A DNA stretch of 64,000 bases from an uncultured Verrucomicrobiota bacterium (GCA_964630555.1 CAZVVD010000002.1:1334-65333), one strand, 5' to 3'. Counted from the first letter of the stretch, positions 1 to 10,026 are shown. Notes: generated by a model not told the origin, from the letters alone. Numbers and translations are program-made.

Positions 1-381
1 CTGGGCAGTTACTTGGGCGGATTGGGGTTTTCCCTGGGCCGCCTGGGCGTGGTCCACGGCCTGGCACATCCCCTGGGCCTGCGCTACCACGTTCCGCACG
101 GGCTGGTCTGCGGCGTCTGTTTGCCGCACGCCATCGCGTTGAATCGGGAGGCCATGGGTGCGAAATACGACGCGCTGGGCCGGGCGGTGGGCGCCGACCT
201 GCTGGAGTGGACGCGGCGGATGCTTGACGTCCTGGGGATCATCTCGCCATTCAAAGGCCAGGCGATCATCGCGAAGGATGTGATCATCAAGGAAACCCTG
301 CCGGCCTGGTCCACCCAGGCCAATCCCAAGACGATCACGGCCGGGGATGTCGAGTGGCTGCTGGACAGGCTGTTCCACTAA
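1..381 (+). CDS. iron-containing alcohol dehydrogenase, C-terminal part (gene starts upstream of window)
   Basis: ORF running in from window edge; C-terminal Fe-ADH family signature (HGLAHPLG...VPHG... helical C-terminal domain); stop at 379-381. Confidence 0.7.
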   Translation: MGSYLGGLGFSLGRLGVVHGLAHPLGLRYHVPHGLVCGVCLPHAIALNREAMGAKYDALGRAVGADLLEWTRRMLDVLGIISPFKGQAIIAKDVIIKETLPAWSTQANPKTITAGDVEWLLDRLFH

Positions 382-612
382 AGCGGACCAAGCCTGCCAC
401 GTCAGCCCCGCCTGCGGGGCTAAGTGGCCACTTTGTTTCAGACGTGGCAACCCAAAAGGATTAACCGCAAAGAACGCAAATCGCATAGAAAATAGGATCG
501 TTTTTTTACCTTTGTGTTCTGTGCGTTCTATTGTGGTGAAATCGTTGGACTATCCATCTTCTTGTGTTTCATCGTGGTTTCTGATGTGTCAGGTGCTAAT
601 GGGGAAGGCACA

Positions 613-894
613 ATGATCATCGGCGTGGTGCGGGCGAGGATCAGCATCCCGGATGCGCGCTCGCTCAAGGACAAGCGGTGCGTCGTGCGCAGCCTCAAGG
701 ACCGGATCCTCAACCGGATGAACGTCAGCGTGGCGGAGGTCGGCGACCAGGACCTGTGGCAGACCGCGGCGTTGGCGTTCGTCACCGTGGCGGCCGAGCA
801 GGCGGTTGTGCAGGAGCGCGTTTCGGGGATCAGCCAGATCCTGCAATCCGATCCGCGTTACGTGTTGCTGGATCTCCAGACCGAGCTGATCTGA
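613..894 (+). CDS. DUF503 family protein (YlxP-like)
   Basis: ATG at 613 preceded by GGGGAAGG; 93 aa, MIIGVVRARISIPDARSLKDKR... typical DUF503 fold protein. Confidence 0.6.
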   Translation: MIIGVVRARISIPDARSLKDKRCVVRSLKDRILNRMNVSVAEVGDQDLWQTAALAFVTVAAEQAVVQERVSGISQILQSDPRYVLLDLQTELI

Positions 895-898
895 TCCA

Positions 899-971
899 TG
901 GAGAGTGGAAGCGACGCCCCCGTCACTTTGATTCAGAACCGGAAGCGGCGAGGGCGCCGCTTCCACTCCTC
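899..971. terminator. bidirectional hairpin between convergent genes (inner perfect 10-bp stem GGAAGCGGCG/CGCCGCTTCC at 941-964 nested in a longer imperfect approximately 20-bp stem)
   Basis: Inverted repeat read directly; lies between the + gene ending 894 and the - gene ending 1069. Confidence 0.45.
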
Positions 972-1068
972 AGGTTCTACATTGGCGGGCGGCACTGCCG
1001 CAGGGGATCGGGGCACGGTTCCTAACCGCTGAACCGTGAACCTCCGAACCGTTGAACCCTCCGGGGGG

Positions 1069-1596
1069 TCACATCCCGCGGCTCTGGATCAGGCGGGTCA
1101 GCTCCTGCTGGAAGGCCTGCAAGTCCGCCGGGCTGGGGCGGTAGCCTTTCTGGCCGACGTTCAGCCCCAGGCGCCCGAACTGGTCGAGGGCCCAGCTGGC
1201 GGAGGTGCCGTCACTGAAGCGCACCGAGCCGCTGACCAGGGCGCCGGGTTTAAGCACCCGGTCGATTTCCACCGTGACCTTGGTTCCGGGCGGCGGTCCT
1301 TCCCCCGGCGCGAGCGCCTCGCCCTCCAGGGGCTCTTCCTCCTCCGGCAGGGCGGCGTCCTCGTCCGGGAGCGCCGTTTCCTTGGCCGGGGGCTTCTCCA
1401 GCTTGAGATCCCGGAGGGGCTTGGGCGGTTCCTTTTCCTTCAGGGCGATTCCCAGATCGAGAACCAGGAAGCGGACGTCCATGAAGGTCAGCGTCAGGCC
1501 GCATTCGTCCCGCAGGCGTTTCTGGATTTCGGACAAGCCGCAGCCTTCGGCCACCCACTGCCTGACTTTTGCTTTCTGCTCGTCGGTGAGTTGCAT
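1069..1596 (-). CDS. hypothetical protein
   Basis: ORF; chosen start MQLTDEQKAKVRQW (ATG at 1596); no recognisable family; acidic/proline-rich linker. Confidence 0.5.
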   Translation of the reverse strand: MQLTDEQKAKVRQWVAEGCGLSEIQKRLRDECGLTLTFMDVRFLVLDLGIALKEKEPPKPLRDLKLEKPPAKETALPDEDAALPEEEEPLEGEALAPGEGPPPGTKVTVEIDRVLKPGALVSGSVRFSDGTSASWALDQFGRLGLNVGQKGYRPSPADLQAFQQELTRLIQSRGM

Positions 1597-1775
1597 GGTT
1601 GTATTCCGGATTCCTGGGGGTTGGCGGATCCTGTTGGATAGCGTCAGTCTAGCGCGGGCAAACCGGCAGGTCAACCCTTGGCGTTACACCCTTGGCGTTA
1701 CAGAGCCAGCATTGGTTGGCCTCCTGCCGCCGTGTGCGGCAGGGTACAAGCCATAACACGAATGCTGTCGACCCG

Positions 1776-2114
1776 TTACCGCACCAGCGCGGCCAGGGCG
1801 GCGTCGACGGTGTCGAAGACCTGGAAAATGGAAGCAAAGCCGGAAATCTCGAACACCTCCTTGACCGTGCCGCTCAGCCCGCACAGCACCAGGGCGCCGC
1901 CGGCGCTCTTGATTTTTTTATAAGCGCCCAGGATGCTGCGCAGGCCGGCGCTGGATACGTAGTCCAGTCCGCTCATGTCCAGCGCGACCTTCAGGCCGCC
2001 ATCCCGGATCAGGCTGTCGAAGGCGCCTTCGAATTCCGTGGCCATCAGGGCGTCCATGCGTCCCCGGACCGCGACCAGCAGGCCCTGATCCTTGCGTTGG
2101 GTTTGGATATCCAT
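1776..2114 (-). CDS. STAS-domain anti-sigma factor antagonist (SpoIIAA-like)
   Basis: 112 aa; conserved DYVSSAGL motif with phosphorylatable Ser; 15 nt downstream of the preceding STAS gene. Confidence 0.8.
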   Translation of the reverse strand: MDIQTQRKDQGLLVAVRGRMDALMATEFEGAFDSLIRDGGLKVALDMSGLDYVSSAGLRSILGAYKKIKSAGGALVLCGLSGTVKEVFEISGFASIFQVFDTVDAALAALVR

Positions 2115-2129
2115 GTCGTCTCCTGGGGG

Positions 2130-2459
2130 TTACAGCGCCGCGAGGAAATCGTCCAGGCCGGCGATCTTGAAGAGCTGGGTCACTTCCGGCCGGGCCTTGA
2201 CCACGGCGAAGTTGCCCCGGCGCACCTGCTTGGCCGCGCCCAGGCAGATGCGGAAAAAGGCGGAGCTGACGAAGTCCACGGCCTGGAGGTCGAACACGGC
2301 GCGCAGGGGCTTGCCGAGCCCTCCCGGCTCTTCGGCCGCCGCCCTGGCCAGGGCGGCGGCGACCGCGTCGGCCTCGGCGGCGCTTTGGGCGCTGTCCATG
2401 CTGCCGGAGAAAACGAAGGTCACGGTGTGCGCGGCGGCGTCATAGCTGGAGGTCATCAT
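2130..2459 (-). CDS. STAS-domain protein (anti-sigma factor antagonist family)
   Basis: 109 aa; VDFVSSAFFRI motif; clear paralogue of the N-terminal domain of the downstream Acs ORF. Confidence 0.75.
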   Translation of the reverse strand: MMTSSYDAAAHTVTFVFSGSMDSAQSAAEADAVAAALARAAAEEPGGLGKPLRAVFDLQAVDFVSSAFFRICLGAAKQVRRGNFAVVKARPEVTQLFKIAGLDDFLAAL

Positions 2460-2600
2460 AAGGCGGTCCCTTCACGCTGTACATCCGAGGAGCCTGTGTT
2501 CGCTGTTCAGGACGGTTGAGTTCCAGAGGGTTTCCCTTTCTATACCGGTGTTATTCGTTGGCCATCCCCGCACGCTGAACCCCGAACGCCGCGCTGCGCG

Positions 2601-4910
2601 CTATTCCTCTTCCCCGCTGAGCCGGGCCAGGACATTGAAATCTTCCAGCGTGGTCAAGTCGCCGGTGACCTCGGTGCCGGCCGCCAGCTGTTTGAGCAGG
2701 CGGCGCATGATCTTGCCGGAGCGGGTTTTGGGAAGGGCCTGGGCGAAGCGGATTTCATCCGGCTTGGCGACCGCGCCCAGTTCGTTGCCGACCCGCTTGC
2801 GGAGCTCGTCCCGCAGGGCGGGGCTGGCCTGCTGTCCCGTCCGGAGGGTCACGAAGACCACCACGGCAAAGCCCTTGGTGTCGTCGGGCCGCCCCACCGC
2901 CGCGGCTTCGGCGACCGCCGGGTGGCCGACCAGGGCGCTTTCCACTTCCGCCGTCCCGATGCGGTGCCCGGAGACGTTGAGCACATCGTCGATGCGCCCG
3001 ACGATCCAGAAGTAGCCGTCCGCGTCGCGGCGGGCGCCGTCGCCGGTCAGGTAGTTGCCGGGCGCATCTTTCCAGTAGGTCCAGGCAAACCGGTCGGGAT
3101 CGCCCCAGACTCCCCGCAGCATGCTGGGCCAGGGCCGGCGGATGACGAGCTTGCCGCCCGCGTTGTCGGGCACGGGCTGGCCGCGCTCGTCGATGACGTC
3201 CGGGAGCACGCCCGGCAGGGGCAATCCGGCGGACCCCGCTTTGGCCGGCACGGCGCCGGGAAAGGTGGAGATCATGATACTGCCGGTTTCCGTTTGCCAC
3301 CAGGTGTCCACGATCGGGCAGCGGCCGCCGCCGATATGCTCGTGGTACCAGAGCCAGGCCTGGGGGTTGATCGGCTCGCCCACCGTGCCCAGCAGGCGCA
3401 GGGACCCAAGGTCGTGTTTTTTGGGCCAGGCGTCGCCCCACTGCATGAAGGCCCGGATGGCGGTGGGCGCGGTGTAGAACAGGGTGATCTTCCGCCGGGC
3501 GATGATGTCCCAGAAGCGGTCCGGGCCGGGGAAATTCGGGGCGCCCTCGTAGATGAACACGGTGGCGCCGTTGGCCAGGGGGCCGTAGACGACGTAGCTA
3601 TGGCCCGTGATCCAGCCGATATCCGCCGTGCACCAGAAAATATCGCTGTCGCGGAGGTCGAAGATCAGCTGGTGGGTCAGCTTGGCGCCCAGCAGGTAGC
3701 CCGCGGTGCTGTGGAAAATGCCCTTGGGCTTGCCGGTGGATCCGCTGGTGTAGAGAATGAACAGGACGTCCTCGCTCTCCATGGACTCGGGCGGGCAGAT
3801 CGCCTCCGCCTGGGCCAGCTCCTCGTGCCACCAGAGGTCGCGTCCGGCGCGCATCGGCGTGTCGCCGCCGGCGCGGCGGAAGACGATGACCTTATCCACG
3901 CTGGCGCCCAGCCGCTGGCCGTCGGCGTTCTTGAGCTCCAGGGCTTCGTCCACGCTGGCCTTCAGCGGGACGCGGCTCCCGCGGCGGAACCCGCAGTCGG
4001 CCGTGATGACCAGCCTGGCCGCACAGTCGCGGATGCGTTCGGCGACGGCCTGGGCGCTGAACCCGCCGAAGACCACCGAGTGGATCGCCCCGATGCGGGC
4101 GCAGGCCAGCATGGCGATCACGGCCTCCGGGATCATCGGCAGGTAGATGATCGCGCGCTCGCCCCGGGCGAGGCCGTGGCGCTTCAGCACGTTGGCGAAC
4201 CGGCAGACCTCGGCGTGCAGCTGCCGGTAGGTGAGCGTCCGTTCCTCGCCGGGTCGGTCGGGTGCGTAGGGTTCGCCTTCCCAGATCAGGGCGAGCCGGT
4301 CGGCCGCGGGGGTGTCCAGGTGCCGGTCCAGGCAGTTGGCGCAGGCGTTGAGCCGCCCGCCGCGGAACCATTTGGCGTCCGGCAGGTTCCACTCGCAGAC
4401 CGATTCCCAGGGCTTGAGCCAGGCCAGGTGCTGCCGCGCCTGGTCGGCCCAGAAAGACTCGGGGTCGTTCAGTGACGCGCGGTAAAGCTCCCGGTAGGCA
4501 TCCGGCGAGTTGATGCGGGCGGCGCCGGCGAAAGCGGGCGGGACGGGGAAGACCCGGCCGTCCCGGGCATGGCACTCGATGTTGGCGCCGGCATCCGCCA
4601 GTAATTGCTCCAATCCCGAGGTGCGGATGAGCTCCTTGACGAAGGGATTGGGCTTGACCATGCGGAAGTGGCCGGGCCGGACCTTTTTGGCCGTGGTCAG
4701 CACGATGCGGATGAAGACCGAGGAGAGGAAGTCAACCTTTTCGAGGTCGAAGACGATCGTGAACGTGTCCGGCAGCTTGCCTCCGTCGGCGCCGGCGCGC
4801 AGCTTGGCCTCCAGGTCCTTGGCGAGGGCCGCGCAAGAGGCGCTGTTCAGGTCGCCGCGGAAGCGGCAGGTCATCTGCCGGGCCGCTGTGTCGAGGGTGC
4901 AATCGAGCAT
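2601..4910 (-). CDS. acs: acetyl-CoA synthetase with N-terminal STAS domain fusion
   Basis: 769-aa continuous ORF. Residues from approximately 130 onward are canonical Acs ([12 protein letters not shown]-loop, [32 protein letters not shown]). The N-terminal approximately 125 aa are a STAS domain ([13 protein letters not shown]...) paralogous to ORF 2130-2459. There is no in-frame ATG between the two domains. Confidence 0.85.
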   Translation of the reverse strand: MLDCTLDTAARQMTCRFRGDLNSASCAALAKDLEAKLRAGADGGKLPDTFTIVFDLEKVDFLSSVFIRIVLTTAKKVRPGHFRMVKPNPFVKELIRTSGLEQLLADAGANIECHARDGRVFPVPPAFAGAARINSPDAYRELYRASLNDPESFWADQARQHLAWLKPWESVCEWNLPDAKWFRGGRLNACANCLDRHLDTPAADRLALIWEGEPYAPDRPGEERTLTYRQLHAEVCRFANVLKRHGLARGERAIIYLPMIPEAVIAMLACARIGAIHSVVFGGFSAQAVAERIRDCAARLVITADCGFRRGSRVPLKASVDEALELKNADGQRLGASVDKVIVFRRAGGDTPMRAGRDLWWHEELAQAEAICPPESMESEDVLFILYTSGSTGKPKGIFHSTAGYLLGAKLTHQLIFDLRDSDIFWCTADIGWITGHSYVVYGPLANGATVFIYEGAPNFPGPDRFWDIIARRKITLFYTAPTAIRAFMQWGDAWPKKHDLGSLRLLGTVGEPINPQAWLWYHEHIGGGRCPIVDTWWQTETGSIMISTFPGAVPAKAGSAGLPLPGVLPDVIDERGQPVPDNAGGKLVIRRPWPSMLRGVWGDPDRFAWTYWKDAPGNYLTGDGARRDADGYFWIVGRIDDVLNVSGHRIGTAEVESALVGHPAVAEAAAVGRPDDTKGFAVVVFVTLRTGQQASPALRDELRKRVGNELGAVAKPDEIRFAQALPKTRSGKIMRRLLKQLAAGTEVTGDLTTLEDFNVLARLSGEEE

Positions 4911-4916
4911 GGGAGC

Positions 4917-6398
4917 TCAGTAGTTCCGGTTGTATTCCGCGAGGATGTCAGGGAGCCCGCGGGCCTCGTCGAGGAACCGCTCCTTTGCAAACGCCTGCCA
5001 GCGCTCGTTGACGCGCCGGCGGCAGATGCGTTTGACGTTCAGCAGGTGGCGAGCCGTGAGGTTGGCGCCGGCGTCCGCCCGGCCGCCCGGGCCGAAGCCC
5101 GGCAGGAACGAGGTCTTGAGCCGGTTGAGGATTCCGCCCATCGCCCCCAGCGTCACCGGGGTGTTGACCAGGATGGCGCCGGCCTTGAGGCAGGTTGCAA
5201 AGGTCCGGATGGCCTCCTCGTCGTTGGCGTAGATCCCGGCGATGCGGCCGGCCCCGGGCAGGGAATTCAGCTCGACGCACAGGTTGACGGCGGCCTCGAA
5301 GGTGGGTCGGACATACAAGGTCAGCACGGGCGCCAGCTTGGCGCCCGCCAGGGGATGCGCGTCCCCCGGGCCGGCCTGCCGGGCCACCAGCAGGCGCGTG
5401 CCGGCCGGCGCGGCGATCCCGGCCATCTTCGCCAGCGCTTCTGCGGACTGGCCGATGCCCTCCGGCCGCAGCGCGCCCTCGTCCTCCTCCTGGAACAGGA
5501 CGGCGGCCAGCTTCGCGGCGTCCGCCGCGTCCAGGAAATGGGCGCCCTGGCCTTGCAGCTCGCGGGCGACTGCCGCGGCGATTTTTTCCTCCGCCACCAC
5601 GGACTGCTCACTGGCGAAGAAGACGCCGTGGTCGAAGGTCTTCGAGCGCGCGATCTCCCGGATCGCGAAAGGGAGGTCGGCGCTGGCGTCGAGCAGGACC
5701 GGGACGTTGTCGGGCGTGGAAACGATGGCGGGCGTGCCCAGGCCGGCGGCCGCCCCGGCCCGGTCCGGGCGGCCCATGGCCACGATCAGGGCCAGGCCCG
5801 GCTGGCTCATGATGGCATGGTCCATTTCGCGCGAGGATTCGCCCAGGCACTGGAGGCAGTCCTCGGGCGCCCCGGCCGCCAGGGCCGCCTCCCCGCACAC
5901 CCGCACGGCCTCGGCGCAGCAGCGCAGCGCCCGGGATGGGGGGCTCACCAGCAGGGGGTTGCGGGTCTTCAGGGCCACCAGGATCATGAAGAGGACCGTG
6001 GAGGTCGGGCTCGGCAGGGGGGCCTTGAAGAAAACGGGCCCGATGGGCTCGGCGATTTCGGTCAGGCCGGCGGCCTCGTCGCGGCCGATCACGCCGACCG
6101 TCGGCTCGTGCCGGAGGGTCTCGTGGACGCACTGGGTGGCGAACACGTTTTTCAGGACCTTGTCCTGCCAGACGCCGAGCCCGGATTCCTCGCAGGCCAG
6201 TTTGGCCAGGCGCACGCGGGCGTCGAACCCGGCATGGCAGGCGCGCTCGACGATCCGGTCCACCTGCTGCTGGTTGAGCTGGTGAAAGACGGCGGCGGCC
6301 ATAGCCGCCTTGTCGAGGAGTTCCTTGGCCCGGAAGTGATCCTTGGAGAGCACCGTGCTCTCGCCGAAGACGGCCATCCGATGTCCTGAAACGGCCAT
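4917..6398 (-). CDS. CoA-acylating (acetylating) aldehyde dehydrogenase, AdhE N-terminal domain / EutE-PduP family
   Basis: Matches the AdhE ALDH domain over its length (MAVxG..., ...KTRNPLLVSP..., catalytic Cys region FASEQS). Stop is 6 nt upstream of the acs ATG (translational coupling). Start chosen at ATG 6398 (MAVSGHRMAVFGE); the longer ORF start would overlap the 6472 palindrome. Confidence 0.75.
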   Translation of the reverse strand: MAVSGHRMAVFGESTVLSKDHFRAKELLDKAAMAAAVFHQLNQQQVDRIVERACHAGFDARVRLAKLACEESGLGVWQDKVLKNVFATQCVHETLRHEPTVGVIGRDEAAGLTEIAEPIGPVFFKAPLPSPTSTVLFMILVALKTRNPLLVSPPSRALRCCAEAVRVCGEAALAAGAPEDCLQCLGESSREMDHAIMSQPGLALIVAMGRPDRAGAAAGLGTPAIVSTPDNVPVLLDASADLPFAIREIARSKTFDHGVFFASEQSVVAEEKIAAAVARELQGQGAHFLDAADAAKLAAVLFQEEDEGALRPEGIGQSAEALAKMAGIAAPAGTRLLVARQAGPGDAHPLAGAKLAPVLTLYVRPTFEAAVNLCVELNSLPGAGRIAGIYANDEEAIRTFATCLKAGAILVNTPVTLGAMGGILNRLKTSFLPGFGPGGRADAGANLTARHLLNVKRICRRRVNERWQAFAKERFLDEARGLPDILAEYNRNY

Positions 6399-6471
6399 AA
6401 CCTGCCCTTCCCGTTGATGTCGCTTTCGCAAAAAGTCAGCCGCTGAACCACCTTCCGTATGTTCGCACCTG

Positions 6472-6818
6472 AATATTGCACGATGATCGTGCAATATTCA
6501 CTTTTGCCTAAGCGGGCATTGCCCGCTGGCAAAAGACGTGAAGTTTTGCAGATAACCTATCCGGTTATCTGCAAAACTAACGTGGTTTCCGCTGCCTGCG
6601 GATCCGCTTATGGCGGAAAACCCCGTTTGGCCGCGTTTTCGCGGCCATCATCCCGTGACCACGTTGGCACGTGGAACGTGACTCACGTGGCGGCCCTTCG
6701 GGTGAATTTTGCGCCAGTTCGGCGCAAAATTCAGGTCGCAAAAAACAAAGGAAGTATGATACGGCCGGCAGGGCGGCGTCAACAGGAAAAACCGGCCGCC
6801 GTTGCATGCGGCGGCCGG
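6472..6818. repeat. cluster of six perfect palindromes/hairpins in the divergent intergenic region
   Basis: Read directly: AATATTGCACGAT-G-ATCGTGCAATATT (6472-6498); CTTTTGCC..AGCGGGCA-TTG-CCCGCT..GGCAAAAG (6502-6536); AGTTTTGCAGATAACC-N5-GGTTATCTGCAAAACT (6542-6578); GGCCGCG-TTTT-CGCGGCC (6629-6646); GAATTTTGCGCC-N5-GGCGCAAAATTC (6704-6732); CCGGCCGCCG-TTGCATG-CGGCGGCCGG (6793-6818). TTTTGC/GCAAAA recurs at the cores. Confidence 0.6.
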
Positions 6819-6838
6819 GTTTGCTACCTTCGGCCTCG

Positions 6839-9377
6839 CATGCGCTACCTGTTCTACAAGCGCGAGATTTCCTTCCAGCGCCCGGACTCACCCCTGGCCC
6901 AGCCGCCCGAGCGCTGGGACGCTTTTTTCGCCGAAATCGTCCGCCGCGGGTTCAACGGGTTCGTGATCTATTCAACCTATCATCCGTTCCAGTTCATCCT
7001 CGACTACCGGGGATTCCCCGCCGCCGCCGAGGCTTCCCCCGCCGGCCGGCGCCGGACGCGGGAAAGACTCAACCGGGTTCTCGCGCTGGCGCACCGCCGC
7101 GGGCTGACCACCTTTCTCCAGCACTATGTCGGGCACTTCACCCCCGCCCTGGGACGCCGTCTCGGCCTCGGCCTGCGCGAGTCCGAGGCGACCCGCCTGG
7201 CGGGCTTCGAGCACCCCCTGATCCGGAACTACCTGCGCTATGGCTACCGCGCGATTTTCAGGCAGTGTCCCGACCTGGACGGACTGTACTTCAACTACGA
7301 AAGCTGCGGCGCCAACGCCGGCCTCGTCCTCGACACCGCCATCCGCGAGGCCAACCGAATGGCCCGGCACCCCGTGTTCCTGCACCGGCTCTGGGGCTTC
7401 AGCGTGCCCCGGCTGATGCGCCGGCTGGTGGACGCCTACCGCGGGCTTTCGCTCGTCAGCCACAAGATCTCGGACACCAAGGATACGTATTTCTACCCGT
7501 CCGCCGACACGCGTGTCCGGGAGTGGAAGCGGCATCTGCCGGGCGCGCCCTTCCTGTTCGAGGTCGGCCCCTGCCACAACTGCGCCGCCAACCTGGCGCG
7601 GACCTTGTGGAGCGACTACGATTTCGTGCGGGATCTCCTCGACGACGCGGCCAGGAAAGGCTGTGACGGCTTCTCGTTCCACCAGGTCAATGACGCCGTG
7701 GCGGCGGACACCCCCCTCGGACGGCTGAACGTCCTGCACCTGGAGGCCATGACCGATTTTATCCGCGGCGTCAGGAAAACCCCGCGTCAACAGGCGGCCG
7801 CCCTGGCGGCGGCGACCGGCAGTCGCGGACGGAACGCCGCCCGGCTCTACCGGGCGATCACCGCCGCCAGTCGGCCCGTGATCCTCGCGCATCAGCAGTT
7901 CTGCCTGGACTCCGCCTTCGACGGCTGGCTCAATCCCGGCCGGCACTCGCTGACCCAGGAGCCGTTCTTTTACTACCCGGCCACGGAACTCAACGACCAG
8001 ACCCGCCTGTCCTGGTCGAGCGTGCGCACGGACACTTCCTGGCTGCAGAAGACGGAACGGAACAACGTCACGCCGCCCCGCTACACCCAGTACATCCTTG
8101 ACTACGTCAACCCGCGCCGCCCGCGGGCGCTCCTGCCGCCCCCGGCCATCGCCGCCGAAATCGCCCGCTGCTGCAACACCGCGGCCCGCGCGCTCCGGGG
8201 TTATCGGGACGCGCCGGGCGCCGTGCGGCGCGCCGAGATCGAACCGTACATCCGGGCGCATGGCGCCTCCGGCCTGCACGCGGCCCACGAGATCCGGGCG
8301 GCGATCGAGACGTATGCTCTTTACTTTGCGCCGTCGCCGGCGGCGTGCCTCCGGCATATCGAGCGGGCGCTCGGGCGCCTGCGGCGGGACCGGCAGGCGC
8401 CCGCCGTCAGGCTGCCGGGGAACCTGAAACCGTGGTATGCCGGTATGCCGGCCCGGGCGGCGATCGAAAAACTCCTGCGCCTGCGGCAGTTCGTGGCTGG
8501 CGGCCGGTTCCGGCCGGACGCCTTCCGCACCTTCGTGCGGTCCCGCGCGGAATACAACGAGATCCGGCGCACGGCCCGCGCCTTCCGCCTCCTGCGCGGC
8601 CCGGTGCTCGCTGCGGCCGCCCGGCAGCTGCAAGCATCCCTGCGGCTTGCCGATGAGGCCGTTGGCCTCGCGCGCGGAACGCCGCAGGAGACGCCCTGCG
8701 CGGCGTGGCGCGATTTCGTGCGGTTGGAGCTGGATCGGATGCGCCCGCCGGAGACGGACTGTCCGCGGCGCGGGCCGTCCGGCGCCCTGCGGCTGTATCA
8801 CGACGACTGCTTCCGCACCGGCGAGGACCATCTCGATGATTTTCTCGGCTTCTTTGAGCCGCAGGACTACACATACCGCGCCGACCTGTGGTTCTCGGTT
8901 GGCCAGGACGGCAACGGGATCACCGTGACGCTCGAGGAGCGCGGCGTGGACCCGAAGGCGCGCCGGGCGCGCTGGCGCGAATTTGCGCGCGCCTCGGACC
9001 TGACCTACGTCATGCGGCTGTATTTTGACGTCGGGAACGACGCCCGCGAGGTGCAAAGCTACCTGGTCCTGCCCCTCGGCGCCCGCGCCTACCGAACCGG
9101 CTTTTCGATCGAGGGGGAGCGCGACCTCCTGCACCGCCCGCTGGCGGCTCTCGACGCGCGCGGCCGGACCGCTTACCGCGAACGGGCCGACGGCTATTCC
9201 CTGGCGTTCCGCATTCCGTTTGCCGAACTGGGGGTGGGGCGGGCGCGGGGCGCGTGGGGCTTCAACCTCACGGCCAACCCTTCGATCCAAAGGAACCGGC
9301 AGTACACCTGGTCCGCGCAGTACGACTCGGGCTGCGGGAATCCCTATCTCTTCGGCAAACTCGGCTTTCAGCAATGA
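6839..9377 (+). CDS. large hypothetical protein, possible glycoside-hydrolase-like TIM-barrel with C-terminal CBM9/DOMON-like domain
   Basis: Long ORF with GC3-rich coding bias. Start placed at ATG 6839 (MRYLFYKREISF) because the upstream in-frame extension is packed with perfect hairpins. An alternative ATG at 6756 has an AAAGGAAG RBS. Function is inferred only from weak motif resemblance. Confidence 0.55.
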
Positions 9378-9481
9378 CGCCTCGCGGGCGTGCCAGCCCG
9401 CCATGGCAGGGCGCCGGCGGGACCTTGTCAAGAGGTCTCCCCCGGCTCGCGAACACCACCTCAGTGGCGGGTCATTTCATG

Positions 9482-9501
9482 ATTTCAACAATTGTTGAAA
9501 T
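9482..9501. promoter_or_regulatory. perfect 20-bp palindrome ATTTCAACAATTGTTGAAAT inside a 650-bp non-coding gap
   Basis: Read directly. Flanked by further TTTCA/TGAAA half-sites (9475-9508). No credible protein ORF in 9380-10026. Confidence 0.35.
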
Positions 9502-10026
9502 GTGAAAACGGGGGCTTTCCGCGGGGAAGCCGGAGGGCCCGAGGCGGAAGCGGCCCCCGCGCCGCCTTGCGTATTGACCAATCCGTTGAACCTGGATTCG
9601 GCAGTAGAAAACCACGAAGGAACACAAATTGCCGCTGGATTTTGTCTCGACAAGCTGCGGGGCCGGCGACACTATTCGCTGAAACCTTCGCGTGACATGA
9701 ACAATGCCTCGGCCCCATGGTCTGGGTTCGCATGCCGGCTGGGTGGACGAAAATGCGCAAGCTCCTTGACCCCCCGCCCTCGAGGCGATCCTTCCCCTGG
9801 CGCTCTGCATCGCCACGCTGTTCACGAAGGGCTTCACCCATGACCTGCTCCTGGAAGCGGGGGGAGCCTGGGCGCGGTGAAGCTTTTCATGATGATGCAC
9901 GCCAACCATATGACGGCCGGGAGAATCGACTGGAAACTCGGCACCCTCCTCGCAAAAGCAGGGTCTGCCGCCGGCGGCGCCCGGAACGTCCCGGCATGAA
10001 CCCTGAGGCATAAAAGGACAGGAAAC

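Noticed and set aside
1-6398. Possibility that the Fe-ADH fragment (1-381) and the ALDH domain (4917-6398) are a split adhE
   Set aside because: They are on opposite strands and separated by the acs/STAS genes. The ALDH ORF ends with its own stop directly before acs.
6459-6838. N-terminal extension of the large ORF to ATG 6459 (or 6756)
   Set aside because: The extension would run through six perfect hairpins and encodes an Arg-rich non-protein-like sequence. ATG 6839 gives a sensible N-terminus. 6756, with its AAAGGAAG RBS, is kept as the alternative.
6972-9431. 819-aa ORF antisense to the large hypothetical gene. Similar long antisense ORFs are at 2922-4475, 4605-6389, 15364-18024, 18119-19690, 34115-36469, 34644-35942, 40561-43530 and 45597-48866
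   Set aside because: They are Arg/Pro/Gly-rich with low complexity, typical of the non-coding strand of high-GC genes. The partner-strand ORFs have clear family matches.
9502-10013. ORFs 9502-9843 (+), 9717-10013 (+) and 9472-10011 (-) in the 650-bp gap
   Set aside because: Their composition (Arg/Pro/Ser-rich, no hydrophobic core pattern) and the lack of RBS do not look like real proteins. The region is treated as non-coding.
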